From: Camelus dromedarius
Taxonomy: Eukaryota
NCBI RefSeq assembly: GCF_036321535.1
Contig: NC_087436.1
Span: forward strand, 104,472,001 to 104,536,000
Direction: 5' to 3'
DNA length: 64,000 nucleotides
In this document: piece by piece, positions 24,515-38,024 of the stretch
How positions within the stretch are numbered: the stretch's first letter is position 1
How the letters are laid out: each line of letters opens with the position of its first letter
Notes under the pieces: model-generated
What the model was told of the DNA's origin: nothing
Databases searched by the model: none
The model's input: the letters and a program-made list of their open reading frames with translations, nothing else
Made by a program: the position numbers and the translations under genes

Positions 24515-24604
24515 GGGGGGAGAGTATAGCTCAGTGGTAGAGCACGTGCTTAGCGTGCACAAGGTCCTGGGTGCATCCCCAGTACCTCTATTTAAAAAAA
24601 AAAA
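24515..24604 (+). mobile_element. Vic-1-type SINE (short form), inserted in an L2
   Basis: tRNA-Ala-like head plus poly-A. Perfect TSD aaagatggatagtg at 24499-24512 and 24605-24618. Confidence 0.92.
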
Positions 24605-24924
24605 AAAGATGGATAGTGCAGAGATCTCAGGGGAATCCCTGGCTAACAGAATACACAGACCAATGGCAGGATATAGGGTACAGTGGAAGGAGCACCTAAC
24701 TCTTGCCTGATGGGCCCAGGGAAACCTTGGGGAGGACTTTTGAACTGAATCTTTATTAAGTGGGAGTTCAGAAGACAGTAAGAGGAGGAAGTATAAGAAG
24801 CACAGGAAACAGCATGTTCAGGCTCTGAGGTGTGAAAGAGCATCTTGTATTCAGGGGAACTCCAGGTGGTGCATGTAGAAGCAGGGGTAGGCGGCCTAAG
24901 CAGGGTCACAAGAAGGACCTGGTA

Positions 24925-25092
24925 GAAAGGTGGTCCTCAAAAGTTGGTGGGCATCAGAATAACCTGAGTTATTCCTTCCTAAGACCATGAATGAGTAAAT
25001 CTGTACTAAAGCCCAGGAACAGGCATTTCTAGCAGGATGATCAGGAATTCCGATGCAAATTGTCCATGAACTGAGCTTTGAGAATCTTTGTT
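24925..25092. mobile_element. MER5-like hAT MITE
   Basis: gtggtcctcaaaagttggtgggcatcagaataacctg...gcatttctagcagg...ctttgagaatc. Confidence 0.55.
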
Positions 25093-25344
25093 GTAGGAGT
25101 TAGGTATAATCTTTCTTTAGGAGTTTCACATTAAAGGAAACAATGGCGTATAGTTTCTTTGTTAAAAACAATAAATGAAATATGTAAATATTAAGAGGAA
25201 TAAGTTTGGGAGTGTATATCTAATAGACATGTGAAGTAGATAGTGGCGATGCATTTCAACATTGGTTTTATTCTAAGATTAAGTTATACCATCTCATATT
25301 CATGAAACACACTAAAACACTGAAAATTTTACTAGGTGGCCCCA

Positions 25345-25570
25345 TGATGGAGAACACGGGCTCTAGCACCGCATTGCATGGGTTCCAGCTGTAAGACCTT
25401 AGAAAATTATTTAACCTGTCATTGTCTCAATTTCCTCACCTGTAAAATGGAGAGAATAGCACCTAATTCATAGGGTTGTCATGAGGATTCAAAATGCTCA
25501 TTTTGTCTAAAGCACATGGAATGATACCTGTAACATACTTGTGATAGTAGTGTTAATTTTTATCATCATT
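25345..25570 (+). mobile_element. MIR
   Basis: tctcaatttcctcacctgtaaaatggagagaatagcacctaattcatagggttgtcatgaggatt core. Confidence 0.75.
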
Positions 25571-25924
25571 ATTTGTATTCAGTGAATCCATAAATTAACT
25601 TCATCTCATGAAAATTCTTGCAAGACATGTCATAATGTGTTTAACACTTCAACAATCAATGTTAAAATCGCCAAACATAGTAATGATTTTCTCCAGGTTG
25701 GTGTTAATTCACTTCTTTATCATCCCCAGTCAGAAATGACAGTATCGTTAGTATTGTTACTTAATTTTTAAGAAGTTCCTTGTCCAAAAAGTTTGGGAAA
25801 CCTGCTGTCGATGGCTAACTAGAACCTCTGAAGAGATAAAGCAGGTCATGATGTGATCAGAGTTTGAGGTGGCTGTGTGCCTGAGAAAGCCTTACTAATA
25901 ACTTACACGAGAAATTAGGAGGTA

Positions 25925-26053
25925 GGGCGGAGGGGAAAGCTCAATGGTAGAGTGCATGCTTAGCAAGCATGAGGTCATTGATTCAGTCCCCAGTACCTCC
26001 GTTAAATAAAAGAATATATAAATAAACCTAATTACCTCCTCCAACAAAACAAA
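25925..26053 (+). mobile_element. Vic-1-type SINE
   Basis: Head plus aaataaacctaattacctcc tail. Perfect TSD gagaaattaggagg at 25909-25922 and 26054-26067. Confidence 0.9.
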
Positions 26054-27741
26054 GAGAAATTAGGAGGCTTTTCCTCCACAGTAGTTTCTGAACTCAGAGG
26101 TTTTGTTATCCTTGTAACTTCCTTTTTAAATGAGTATCCCTATCATCTTCCACTATGTATTAATCAAAGTTAGTAAAATGCACAGGAGATTGAAAGGGTA
26201 TCAAGAAGGATTCCATAAAGACTATGCAATTCTATAAGGAAAATAAGCTCTAACTCTCAGATTAAAAGAAATAAAGAGAATATTGAAAGTGAGTCACCAA
26301 GTGGGCTTCAGAAGAATTTGAGAAACAAGAATAAATATTCACCCTTTGCTTTCCAATTGTGTTTGAGTTTAAAGAGGATTCTTTGGCCCTGGGAATTTTA
26401 TTATAATTATTATTAATTTTTTTGGCAGGTCCAAGTTAAGCAAAGCTTAACATGTGCAGCAGTTTAAGAAGGTGAAGCCAGAAGAACAGGCCATTTTCTC
26501 TAGTGATGGAGAATGTGAGTGGAATCAAATGTACATTTGGTGAGAAGAATGTGTATAAGTCTAATAATTTGTCAAAAGTTTTCATAGCTAATGTAATTGG
26601 AAGAAAATGTTTCCATGTGTGATTGCTATTATCTTGTTCTTTTAATGACATAAACAAGATAAAGCCAGTTAACACTATCTATAACAAAAATGACAACACT
26701 GTATGTATCATAAAATTCCAGTTACCTGTTTATAAAAGAATATACTTGAATTTTGATTTCCTAAATATTCCCCTTTGTCATGTATCATATTTTGTAGTAG
26801 TTTTTGGTTCTGTGTTGAGTCAATATTGAGCAGTCATAATTAAATAAACAGCCAGGGTAGGAAGGAAAAAGCATTGGACTAACTCTACCACTGAACCCGA
26901 CCTCCGCCACCAGCCAGCTGGCTAATTTAGGGCAGCTAATCTTTCCTCATCTGCAAATGGGGAATGTAAAACTTACTGTTTACAGTCATTTTGAAAATTA
27001 GTTGAGATATTACATGGAATAACTCCATAGTAGGTACTCAGTAATTGTTCCTTCTTTAGGAAATTCTACCACCCACACCAATGCTCAGTTTTCTTTTCTA
27101 CTAGATGTACTAAGACTACTTGCCTTAGAGATCCTGTTGCACAGATCAAACCAGATTATTCTTTAGATAACTAAATGGCAAGAATTATCTTTAAGTTTAC
27201 TGGATTTATTTTTGGTTAGTGCATTTATTTGTAAAAAATTGAGTCTGGTTATATAGCAAATCAATAGAAGAGGAAAAGATCCCTATATTTTCTCCTCTGG
27301 CCCATGTTACTGTTAACCTGGGGCACAGAGATGACCTTTATCAGTTCTTCAAAGAAAGCCTACCAGAATGGTTTCACTCTTTGCATCTGTGTTGCTCTCT
27401 GTCAGAGATAGTGTAATGATAAGCATCAACTTGCAGATATGACCTTTGTGGCTAGCACCCTTGTCCAAAATAGACTAAGGACTAAGAAGATCAACTTTGG
27501 AACCAGTCTAGTCAAGCACTGACAAATAGTGAAAGATAACAAACAATTCCTATCTTATGAAATGACCTAACTGTCAAAGACAGCCAACTAATGGAGAATC
27601 CCCTTGAACATCATGATCAAAGTTATACATTGTCACTTTTTAAATCTCCGTTATGTCAATATGTCAATATTTTTCATTTCACTCAATTTTTAAAATTTTA
27701 ATTGTCATTATGTCAACATGTGGGAATTAAAGAAGTAGATC

Positions 27742-28350
27742 TTTTTGCAGCAACACGGATAGACCTAGAGATCACTGTACTAAGTCAGACAGAGAAAGAC
27801 AAATATCATATGATATCACTTACATGTGGAATCTAAAAAAATGACACAGAGGGGAGGTTATAGCTCAAGTGCTAGAACAAATGCTTAGCATGCATGAGGT
27901 CCTGGGTTCAACCCGCAGTACCTCCTCTAAGAATAAGTAAATAAATAAACGTAATTACCTCCCCCCTCAAAAAAAAAAGAATAATAAAAAAATTAAAATA
28001 AAAAAATGACGCAAATGAACTTATTTTCAAAACAGAAAGAGACTCATAGACATAGAAAACAAACTTATGGTTACCAAAGGGGAAAGGACAGGGAGGGATA
28101 AATTGGAAGTTTGGGATTATCATATGATATATAGAAAAGATAAACAACAAGGTCCTGCTGTATAGCTCAGGGAACTATATTCAATAATTTGTAATAACCT
28201 ATAATGAAAAAGAGTATGAAAAAGAAAATGTATCTATATACATAACTGAATCACTATGCTATACACCAGAAACCAACACAACACTGTAGATCAGCTATAC
28301 TTTAATAAATGAATGAATGAATGAATAAACAAACAAATAAATAAATAAAT
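27742..28350 (+). mobile_element. 5'-truncated cetartiodactyl-type L1 3' end with nested SINE
   Basis: agtcagacagagaaagacaaatatcatatgatatcact..aaacaaacttatggttaccaaagggg..cagggaactatattcaa..ctatactttaataaa, then a (TAAA)n tail. Confidence 0.85.
27849..27998 (+). mobile_element. Vic-1-type SINE nested in L1
   Basis: TSD taaaaaaatgac(a/g)ca at 27834-27848 and 27999-28013. Confidence 0.9.
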
Positions 28351-28698
28351 CTTTGCCATTACTGCAAGAAAAAAGCATTTAAGATAATTTCTGATTAAGC
28401 TATCAATAAATATTGAGCACAGATTTCATTTTATGCAATAGGAAAAATAGAAAAGTTTCATCTCAGTCTCATAGCAATATATTTAATTTGTAAAATGCGT
28501 TAGAGAAACTCTCTATTTAAAGGAATCTTTAAGGACTTTGTGTTAGATATTATAACTGGTATTGTCCTACATGTACTATTTGCCTCTTAAATGGTTATTT
28601 AACAAAATTCTAGCATTATTAGCATTCTGTGGAAAGTGAAATAAATTACATTAAAGTATTATTAATACCCCACTAGTGGAAAAAAAACATTTCTCAAG

Positions 28699-28825
28699 AT
28701 TTTTTTTTCGGGGGAGGGGTGAGTAATTAGGCTTATTTATTTATTTTTAGGAGAAGCCTAGGGATTGAACCCAGGACCTTTGCATGCTAAACAGGCACTC
28801 TGCCACTTGAACTATACCCTCCCCC
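28699..28825 (-). mobile_element. Vic-1-type SINE
   Basis: TSD catttctcaag at 28688-28698 and 28826-28836. Confidence 0.9.
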
Positions 28826-29869
28826 CATTTCTCAAGGTCTTAACTGCAAATCATCTCCCATCTAAGTACTTTAGGAAGATTTGGAAATTTATGCATCGGT
28901 CTTTTTTTTTTTTTCCTCCCGGCTTTCAAAACACTTGCTTAAGTTCTACCCTCAGAATTACTTCTGACTTCAGTGAGAGTCATAAACTATCGTCTGGGAG
29001 AAGCATTTGGCTCCAACTTTTAAAGTCTGAAGTTCTCCAGAAATGGTCTTATGAAATGTGAATCTGATTTTCATCACGCACTTCTACCTACATAGCATCA
29101 TATTTTCCTTCACCAGCAAACACTAAGTATTTTATTTTTAACTAGCAAAGCTATATCTGTATTTGCATGGTACTTTCCAAGTTTCCAAAATAGGCAACAA
29201 ATCACAAAATCTAGGCCAAAAAAAAAAAGGACTTAAGAACTGAAAGACAACTTCTGAAAAACTGATTACATACAGAAGTATTCAGTTTTATGAAATAGAG
29301 GCTTTTTTAAAAAGTTGTACACCAATCCAACACGCAGCAGGACAGCTTTCTATTTAAAGGGATACTGTGATATGCAATTTGTGACGTGACAATAAATATG
29401 ATTGAGTCTATGTTATCCCAAGCCTTCTCACAAACATTTTCCCAGTCAGTCCTCAGGACAAAGGTGCAAGTAGTTAATTTTATTCTTGTTGTAGCTGAGA
29501 CTCAGAGGGCGTGACCTGCACAAGTTACACTTCTAGAAGTGGAATTTATGATTGTGAGCTTTGTTTCAGTTTTTTATTTTTGCTATAGAAACTTAAATTA
29601 TTTTATTATTACAACCTGATAGAGAACATCTTGTATCATATACTCAGAGTATCAGATTATATTTCTAAAATTATTTATATAACTACAAATGTTAAGGAAT
29701 GTAAAAAGGTTTCTATTCAAATAGCTGGTAATATAATATATATGTATATATGTGTATTTATAAATCAATCATATGAACTAGTACCAGGGAGTGGCTAAGG
29801 ATGGGTAGCCAAGGCAGGGAGAAGACCTAATACCCTTGTGGATTTTTAGCTATTTTTATTATTTAAAAA

Positions 29870-32125
29870 AAAAATTCACCACAGATATTATAAGAAAAGA
29901 AAACTACAGATGAATAAATATAAACACAAAAATTCTCAACAAAATACTTTCAAACACCAAACTAACTAGGAATAGAAGGGAACTTCACTAATCTGATAAA
30001 GGTAGCTACAAAAAATCCAGAACCAATATTTTTAAAGGTAAAAGACTGATGCTTTCCCACTAGCATCAGCAAGAAGACAAGATTTCCATTCTGACCACTT
30101 CTATTCAGCGTTGTACTGGAAGTTCTACCCAAGCCATTTGGCAAGAAAATTAAATAAAAGGCATCTAGATTGGAAAAGAAAAACCAAAACTGTCTCTATT
30201 TGCAGCTGATAGGACTTTATATATACAAAATATAAGGACTCCACCAAAAATACATAAGCACTAATAAACAAGTTCAGCAAGTTTGCAGGATACAAGATCA
30301 ATATTCAAAAATCAGTTATGTTTCTATACATTTGCAATCCCATAAGCATCAAAAAGAATATAATACTTAGGAATAATTTTAACAAAAGGAATATAGTTCT
30401 TATACTTCAAAAACTACAAAACATTGTTGGAAAAAATTTTTTGAAGATTGAAATAAATGGAAAGACATTCATGTTCATGGAATGAAAGATACTATTAAGA
30501 TGGCAGCACTCCTCAAAAACTGATCTACAGAATCAACACAATTGCTATCAAAATCCCAACTTTGCAGAAATGGACAAGCTGTTCCTAAAATTTATATGAA
30601 AATTTAAGGAACAATAGCCAAAACAATCTTAAAAAAGAACAGCTGGAGGATTTATACTTGCCCTTTACAAAACTCACTATAAGGCTGCAGTAATCAAGAC
30701 TGTGTGGTACATGCACGAGGTAGACATAGCGGTTCAGTGGAATAGAATTGAGAGTCCAAACAGAAATCCTTATATTTATGGTCAGTTGATTTTCATCAAG
30801 AGTGCAAAAACAATTCAATGGGGAAAAAATAGTCTTCAACAGATGGTGCTGGAACAACTGGATATGCACATGTGAAATAATGAAGTTGGGCCCCAAACTT
30901 TACAACATACATTAAAATTACCTTAAAATAGGTCATAGACCTAAATGTAAAACCTAAAATCATAAAACTCTTATAAGAAAGCATAGGGATAAATCTTCAT
31001 GAACTTGGAGTAGCAATGGTTTCTTAGATATGACATCAAAAACACAGCAACAAAAGAAAAAAAATAAATAAATTGGACTTCATCAAAACTAAACTTTTGT
31101 GCCTCAAAGCACATTCTCAAGGAAGTGAAAAAGACCCTCCACAGAATGGAATACAATATTTGCAAATCATATATCTGATAAGGATCTAGTATCTAGAATA
31201 TATGAAGAATTCTTAAAACTGAATAATAAAAAGACAACTCAATTTTAAAATAGCAAAGGAGCTAAATAGATATTTCTCCAGACAAGATATGCAGATGGCC
31301 AATAACCGCATAGAGAAGTATTCATCATTAGCCATCAGGAAAATACAAATCAAAGCCACAATGAGACACCAATTCATACTCACTAGGATGGCAATAATCA
31401 AAAAGACAGATAATGACAAGTGTTGTCGAGGATGTAGAAAATTGAAGCCGAGGATGTAGAAAATTGAAGCCTTCATATGTTGCTAGTGGGAATGTAAAAT
31501 GATAAAGGCATTTTGGAAAACAGTCTGACAGTTCCTCAAAAGGCTAAAGATAGTTACTGTATGATCCAGCAGTAGGTATATACCAAAGAGAACTGAAAAG
31601 CTATGTCCAAACAAAAACTTGTACATGAATGTTCATGGTAGCATTATTCATAACAGCTAAAAAGTGGAAACACACCAAATATTCATCAACTGATGAATGG
31701 ATAAATAAAACGTGATATATCTATAAAATGGAATGTTATTAGGCCATAACAAGAAATGAAGTACTACTGATACATGCTATAACATGAATTAACCTTGAAA
31801 ACATGCTATATGAAAGAAACAAGTCATAGAAGGCCCCGTACTAGACAATTCTGTGTATTTCAAATGTTTAGACAAAATTATAAAGATAGACAGTAAATTA
31901 ATGGTTGCCTAGGGTTAGGACTTCCTAGTATTGGGAGGGTTGTGTTGTGAGTGACTGCTAAAGGGTATAGGACTTCTTTTGGAGTGATGAAAATGTTCTG
32001 AACTTGATTGTGGTCATGGTTGCACAACTTTGTGAATATACTGAAAAACCACTGAAGGTACACTTTAAAGAGTGAATTATGTGGTATGTGAAGTGTATCC
32101 CAATAAGGCTGTTAACCAAAAATAG
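29870..32125 (+). mobile_element. L1MB-type LINE-1, 5'-truncated (decayed ORF2 3' part plus 3' UTR)
   Basis: aaaactgtctctatttgcagctga, caggatacaagatcaatattcaaaaatcagt, ggaatagaattgagagtcca, aaattggacttcatcaaaact, ending aataaggctgtt. Many stops. Confidence 0.9.
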
Positions 32126-33307
32126 GCAGGAAAAAATTAAAATTTATTCAATTAGATATTTTAAAAGTCCATATGATCATAACCTTAACTTAGTCATATG
32201 CTGATATAAATGTTAGAATGTGGACAAATAAATAATAAGCTGCATGGAAAATTAGAAAGTAGCCGTCACTATGTCAGTTGATTTACCCTTTAGCGTCATA
32301 GTAAGTTTGAGATTATATGTCTGACAAGGATGAGATTCCTTAACATTTCAGAAGTGAACAGATTTTATTTTAAGATAAAATTAATAGCTGAAATTATTGA
32401 GTACCATCTTAATCCAAGGGATTTCATGTACATGATCTCATTTGATCCTCTCACACCCCTGAATAAGATTCCTGCTCCCCCTGTTAATAGCCAAGGAGGC
32501 TATGGCCTGGAGAAATTTAACTTTCTAACTAAGTTGCAGATACAGCCAGAATGTGAATGCTGTGGGCTTTTCTGATCTTTCCTGTCATCTGCCCTTGCTG
32601 GGCCTACTGGGTCACTTTTTCCTTTACCTTTTGACTAACCCAAAGGCTTGGGACTTGTAGGATAATTACATAATAGATATGCTCATGTTACCTTGAGGAC
32701 CTAAGAATTGAGACACCACCTCTAGGCTACTCCTGAGAGCTGGTTACAGGGAATTTGGTGGGTAGGGGTGTGGAGGGGAGAAATGGAATTGGAAATGGAA
32801 CTTCCATATTTTCAAATGTAGAGGAAATGATAGAGAAATGGAAAAGAAAATCCGAAAGTTTCCTTCCAGCTCTAAAGCTCAATCTACTTAAGTAGTGGAG
32901 CTGAAGATACCTGAAATTCAGAAAACTATTTCTTCCTCTCCTGACTTACTCTTGTCCCAGGATCCATGATTGAAGAGGTATTTTCTTTAGGTCTCCAGTG
33001 TCTACAATTCCATCAGGAAGTGTGTTTTCAGACATTTTTCCCCCTTAGCTGTTATCTTCTGGCAAAATGGATGCCAACAAAATCATCTTTGCAAATTTAG
33101 CCCTTTTATACTTAAAAAAAAATTATCCTTAGGCCTCATTTTTAACTTTAATCTATACCATGTCTACTTCTTGTCCTTAGCTAAAATTGCCTTTAAATAT
33201 GTGGCAAATAGCAAAAACTGCTTTATTTTCCTAAATTTTATTATCTCTAGAATGGGTATTGTATACACATGGAACAAAATTGTAAGTTCACAGCAGAGAA
33301 TGCACAT

Positions 33308-33499
33308 TAGGGTTGCCAGGAATAGCAAAGAAAAATACAGGACAACCAGTTACAGTTGAATTTCAGTTAAACAACAAAAAAATTTTTAGTATAAATTTGT
33401 CCCATGCAATATTTGGGACATACTTACACTAAAAATTATTTGTTATTTAGCTGAAATTCAAATTTCAGTGGACATCCTGTGTTTTAGTTGTCAACACTA
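33308..33499. mobile_element. MER53 palindromic hAT MITE
   Basis: tagggttgcca..aaatacaggacaaccagtt..ttagtataaatttgtcccatgcaatatttgggacatacttacactaaaaa..ggacatcctgtgtttt..gtcaacacta. Long internal inverted repeat; flanks aatgcaca/aatgcaga resemble an 8-bp TSD. Confidence 0.85.
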
Positions 33500-35783
33500 A
33501 ATGCAGAGAAAAGTAAAACTCCCTCTGGCTGTGGTCTCCCAGGAACCCAGTTGCTCTCTCCAAAGAAAATCCTATCACCAGTGTCTTGAGTATCCTACCA
33601 GGATAGTCCATAATCAACTTTCTTTTTTACAGCAATCAAGTTTATCAAGCCTCAGCAAAAAGTAGAATCTGAAAAAAAGGGATCTAAACAATATAATGAT
33701 GTCTGTTTTTAATTTAGACCCATAACAGTTACTAAAGGAAATTAATGGAAGTCGTGTGATGCACAGGGGAGGGAATTTATTTCATACCAACTGGCTAACC
33801 TTGGGTATGTTCCTTAACTTCTGGGATCACTTGGCAAAAGGGTGTTAATATTAGTACTCACCTCATATGTTTGTAGTGAATAAGATACATACAATACATA
33901 AGCAAAAAGCCTGTCATAACAAGATAGGCATCTGATCAGCAGAGTCCCCTCCTTGTTTGGATGTTTTGGGATATTCATCTGTAACTTTCATAAGTTCAAC
34001 CCGAAGGTCCCTGTCTGGAAACACAGGGCCAGATGGACTGAGTCTGTCTGAGTATAACCTTCTAAATTTGCCATCAGGTATCTCAGTTACCTCCTTACAG
34101 CCTCAGCTCCACCAAATACACCATTCAGGGCCCTGATGGCTCATTTTGTCTTATCCAACTTTCATCTTATTGAATCTATTTCTCTGTCATTCATTGATTC
34201 AAAAAGAAATATTTACTAAGCACCATGAGCCATGTACTCTGGTAAGCGCTGGGGAGACAGGTTTGAGCAAGCTAAGACAAGATCACTGCCCTCAGGGGAC
34301 TTGTGTTCAAAGAGGAGACAGATAATAAAAGGGTAAACAAATAAGTAAGGCCGTTTTAAATAATGATGAAAGCTATGCAAAAAACTGAGCAGGAGTAAAA
34401 ATGCTAGGAGGAAAAGGAAGTTGACTTTATTCAGATCAACTGCCCTCTTCATGGTAAATTCCTTTCATTGTGCTTAAACTGCTCCAAGTGCTTCAATTGT
34501 GTAATTTCTTTTTAAAAGATTTTCAAACAATGCAAGTAGAGAGCAACAACCTTTACAATTTTAAGCTTACTCTTAGACTCTAGCAGGATGTAGATACCAA
34601 GGCCTTTCAAAAGTATAGACTTGGATATTTCTACCTTTCTTTGGTGAAGTTTACATAGGAAAAGGAAAGTGATGAGCATTCAAATTCTCAGTGCCAATTA
34701 CAAATGGGCAAAGCCTCTTACCAGCTATTCACATTATAATCCACCCGCCAACTCTTACCCCTGACCAAGCGCTGTTAGATGGTTTTTATCCCTATTTATA
34801 GGTGAAGGAAGTGAAACTCCCAAATTTCAGGTGATTTGCCAAAGGACATCTGGGTCAGAAGTGGACAAACCAGATTTGATGCCATCTTTCTGCCTTCAAG
34901 TCAAGAACTCTTTTACGTATACCGGATAACCTATAATTTCATGCTATTTCTACTCCTCCAGAAACATTGCTTCTTCATTAAGGGGTTTTCACTAAAAAGA
35001 AAAAAAATATTACTGTGAAAGGAGTGGCAGTATGTTGAGGTTTGTCATAAGTGTTAGAGCATCATTTAAAAAAATTTACAATACGTAACTTCCCATTTCA
35101 TTTTGCCTGTTAGGTCATGTATTATCAGAGCTAATATTCAGAAATAATTATCTATCTAGAAGGGGAGTGATTACTATGTTATTTTAAAAGCAGTCATAAC
35201 TATCATTTCTGAGAAGCAGTTTGTTGTCAGGATAATGTAATTCCTGTTTGTGTGTTATAAAATTCGTATCATTTAAACAAAGAAAATCTTTTTCCTTTGT
35301 TCTGCCCAGTGAATTGATGCCTTTTCATGATGATTAAAAGCAAAACAGCCTAAAATGCTATGTTAGTTCATAAAAGTTTCTCAGAACAGTGTGTTAAAAC
35401 TGAAACTGAAACACTATGGAGGTGGTAAAATCTACTCACATTCAACTATCTATGGGCAAAAAAAAAAAAATAATAATTAGATACTGTCGGTGTCTGCAGA
35501 TCTACATTAGGTGTTAATAATGCTATTGAAAATAGCATGAAATTTAGGGTGAATCCTCATCTAAGGATGTTCTTCTCAACAGGTTTAGAAGAGTTGATAA
35601 ATTAGTAGACCCCCCAACAGCTGAGGTGTAAAATGAGAAACACTTAAAGATAGTACATTCAACTTTGCAAGAAGAATCATTTTGAATTGTGACTGGGTTT
35701 CCTGCATCTTAGTTGGAAGAGTCTCTGTGGGAGCCCGGGCCCTGGCCTAAGATGAGGGGGTGGATGGCGAAGGAGAAGATGAA

Positions 35784-36127
<344 letters not shown>

Positions 36128-37168
36128 AGAGGGAAACGTGATGTTTCTACAGGACAGGTTGCATATTTTCAGATAATAATAGTTTTCACTGCCCTAACTT
36201 TTCTCTTACAAGTTTCAATTTTAAATGCCTCTAAAATGGTTAGTCTTAATTCTACTTCAATCCATTTGACAGATTTACTTCTTAAAAGTGCTTTTTCAGA
36301 ATCTTACTTTGTGTTTCAATAACTCCACTGGTCTTCCTGCCTCTAAAATTTGGATTTTCCTGACTTGGTGACATCATTTTTGGTGTTGTCCATTGTCGTT
36401 CTTTCTACCACCCCCTCCCACCCTGAATCCGTCTCCACTGTTAATAATCACCTAACTAACGTGTTAAAGAACTGCCTGTCAAGCGTAGAGCTTTGAACTT
36501 GAGTTTTATAGGAACGTATAAGCCAGAATGTTTCCTCAAATTATGGTTATATTGAACAAATATTAGTTATCAAGAAGGTCCTTTTAATACTTCTTCCTCT
36601 TCATTCACCGTAAAGGGTTTGGTTACTTTTGGAACACACAACGAGTCTGGAATTTAGCTTTGCCCATCTCGTGTAAATCCTCTGTAGGGTTTGTAAAACT
36701 GCAACCCTTAATCCCCCCTTGAAAAAAACATACTGATTATTTGTGCTTATGCTAGTTTCAAATATTACAATAGTTCCTGGATTTTTGCCACATTCCTCTC
36801 TAGATGGTCATTTGGGAGACTTTGTTTATAATGTGTGTTTTGAATGAAATTTTAAAATTCCAAGACCACAGGATGTAAGACTCAATTGTGGGTTTTTCAT
36901 TTTTACAAAGAGACCCTACTTAGATTACAACAATAGCAAACATGGAATAGAAAATGAGAGAAGGTATGTTTTTTCCGGGGATTAGTGATTGAAAGTATAT
37001 AACAGAAAGCATGATATATCCAAGGATTAGGGAAGGTTTTCAAAATGGCCTGTAGCATTCAGTTGGTAGTTTGGATAAATTAAAACATTAAGCTGTTTTT
37101 TGGATATCAGGAGAAACATTTTCTTTAGTGATTATGCTAATTGTGATTTTAAAACCAGAAACAAAACA

Positions 37169-37274
37169 GGGGAGTAGGTGTAGCTCAGTGGTAGAGCGCA
37201 TGCTCAGCATGCGTGAGGTCCTGGGTTCAATCCCCAGTACCTCTGTTAAAGAAAAATTTTTTTTTTAAATAAAA
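37169..37274 (+). mobile_element. Vic-1-type SINE (short form)
   Basis: gtagctcagtggtagagcgcatgctcagcatgcgtgaggtcctgggttcaatccccagtacctc. TSD taaaa(c/t)cagaaacaaa at 37150-37165 and 37275-37290. Confidence 0.92.
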
Positions 37275-37573
37275 TAAAATCAGAAACAAAGCCCTGAATT
37301 TAAAATAGCACTCTTCCCCCGAAAAAGTAGTTAAGTTCATGGGGATAAACCATGTAATAACATTTTTTTTTTTTTCAATTTAAGGCAATGTTAAAAATAT
37401 AAATGCTCCTCTGGGACTTTTTCCTTCTAATAAATTCTATTTTTTTCCTTCATACGCTCTGTTTATTTTAGAAGCTGAGGCTCATTTAAGAACCCTGAGA
37501 TTTTATAACAAAATGAATTGAAGTTTTTTAATGTAAATTAAGGCTTTTTGCATCTGATTATGACTTCAAGAAG

Positions 37574-37720
37574 GTGTTTTTGTTGTTGTTTTGGGGGGGG
37601 TTTGTGGGGAAGGTAATTAGGTTTATTTATCTATTTACTTATTAATGGGGGTACTCAGGATTGAACCCAGGACTTTGTGCATGCTAAGCAGGCACTCTAC
37701 CACTGAGCTATAATCTCCCC
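37574..37720 (-). mobile_element. Vic-1-type SINE
   Basis: TSD act(t/c)caagaag at 37563-37573 and 37721-37731. Confidence 0.9.
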
Positions 37721-37973
37721 ACTCCAAGAAGTTTTTTAACTTTACAAATGATAGACATAATAAACTGATATGACTGACTTTAGTTGTTTGGTGGTTTTTT
37801 TCACCTGTTGCCACTTGGGTGTATCCTTTTATTCTCCTGCTTATAAAACTGAAAATAGTGCACACAATAAGCAACACATGGAAGTGAAGGCCAGCATCCT
37901 CTGTGGACATTCTCAGTCACTATACGCTGATGGATTTCTCCTCAAGATGTTTCAGTTTACATTCTCTCCATAA

Positions 37974-38024
37974 GTCTCTCTCTGTCTCTCTCTCTCTCAC
38001 ACGTACACATACACACACATACAC
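37974..38024. repeat. (CT)n(CA)n imperfect microsatellite
   Basis: tctctctctgtctctctctctctcacacgtacacatacacacacatacac. Confidence 0.8.

Noticed and set aside
31427..31470. 22-bp tandem duplication CGAGGATGTAGAAAATTGAAGC x2
   Set aside because: Simple slippage duplication inside an old L1; no spacer, not CRISPR-like.
29962..32063. Minus-strand ORFs of 60-103 aa
   Set aside because: Antisense translations of a decayed L1; the sense ORF2 is broken.
37169..37245. tRNA-Ala(AGC)-like sequences here and at 10 other sites
   Set aside because: They have A-rich tails, mostly clear target-site duplications and scattered substitutions, so they are SINEs, not tRNA genes.
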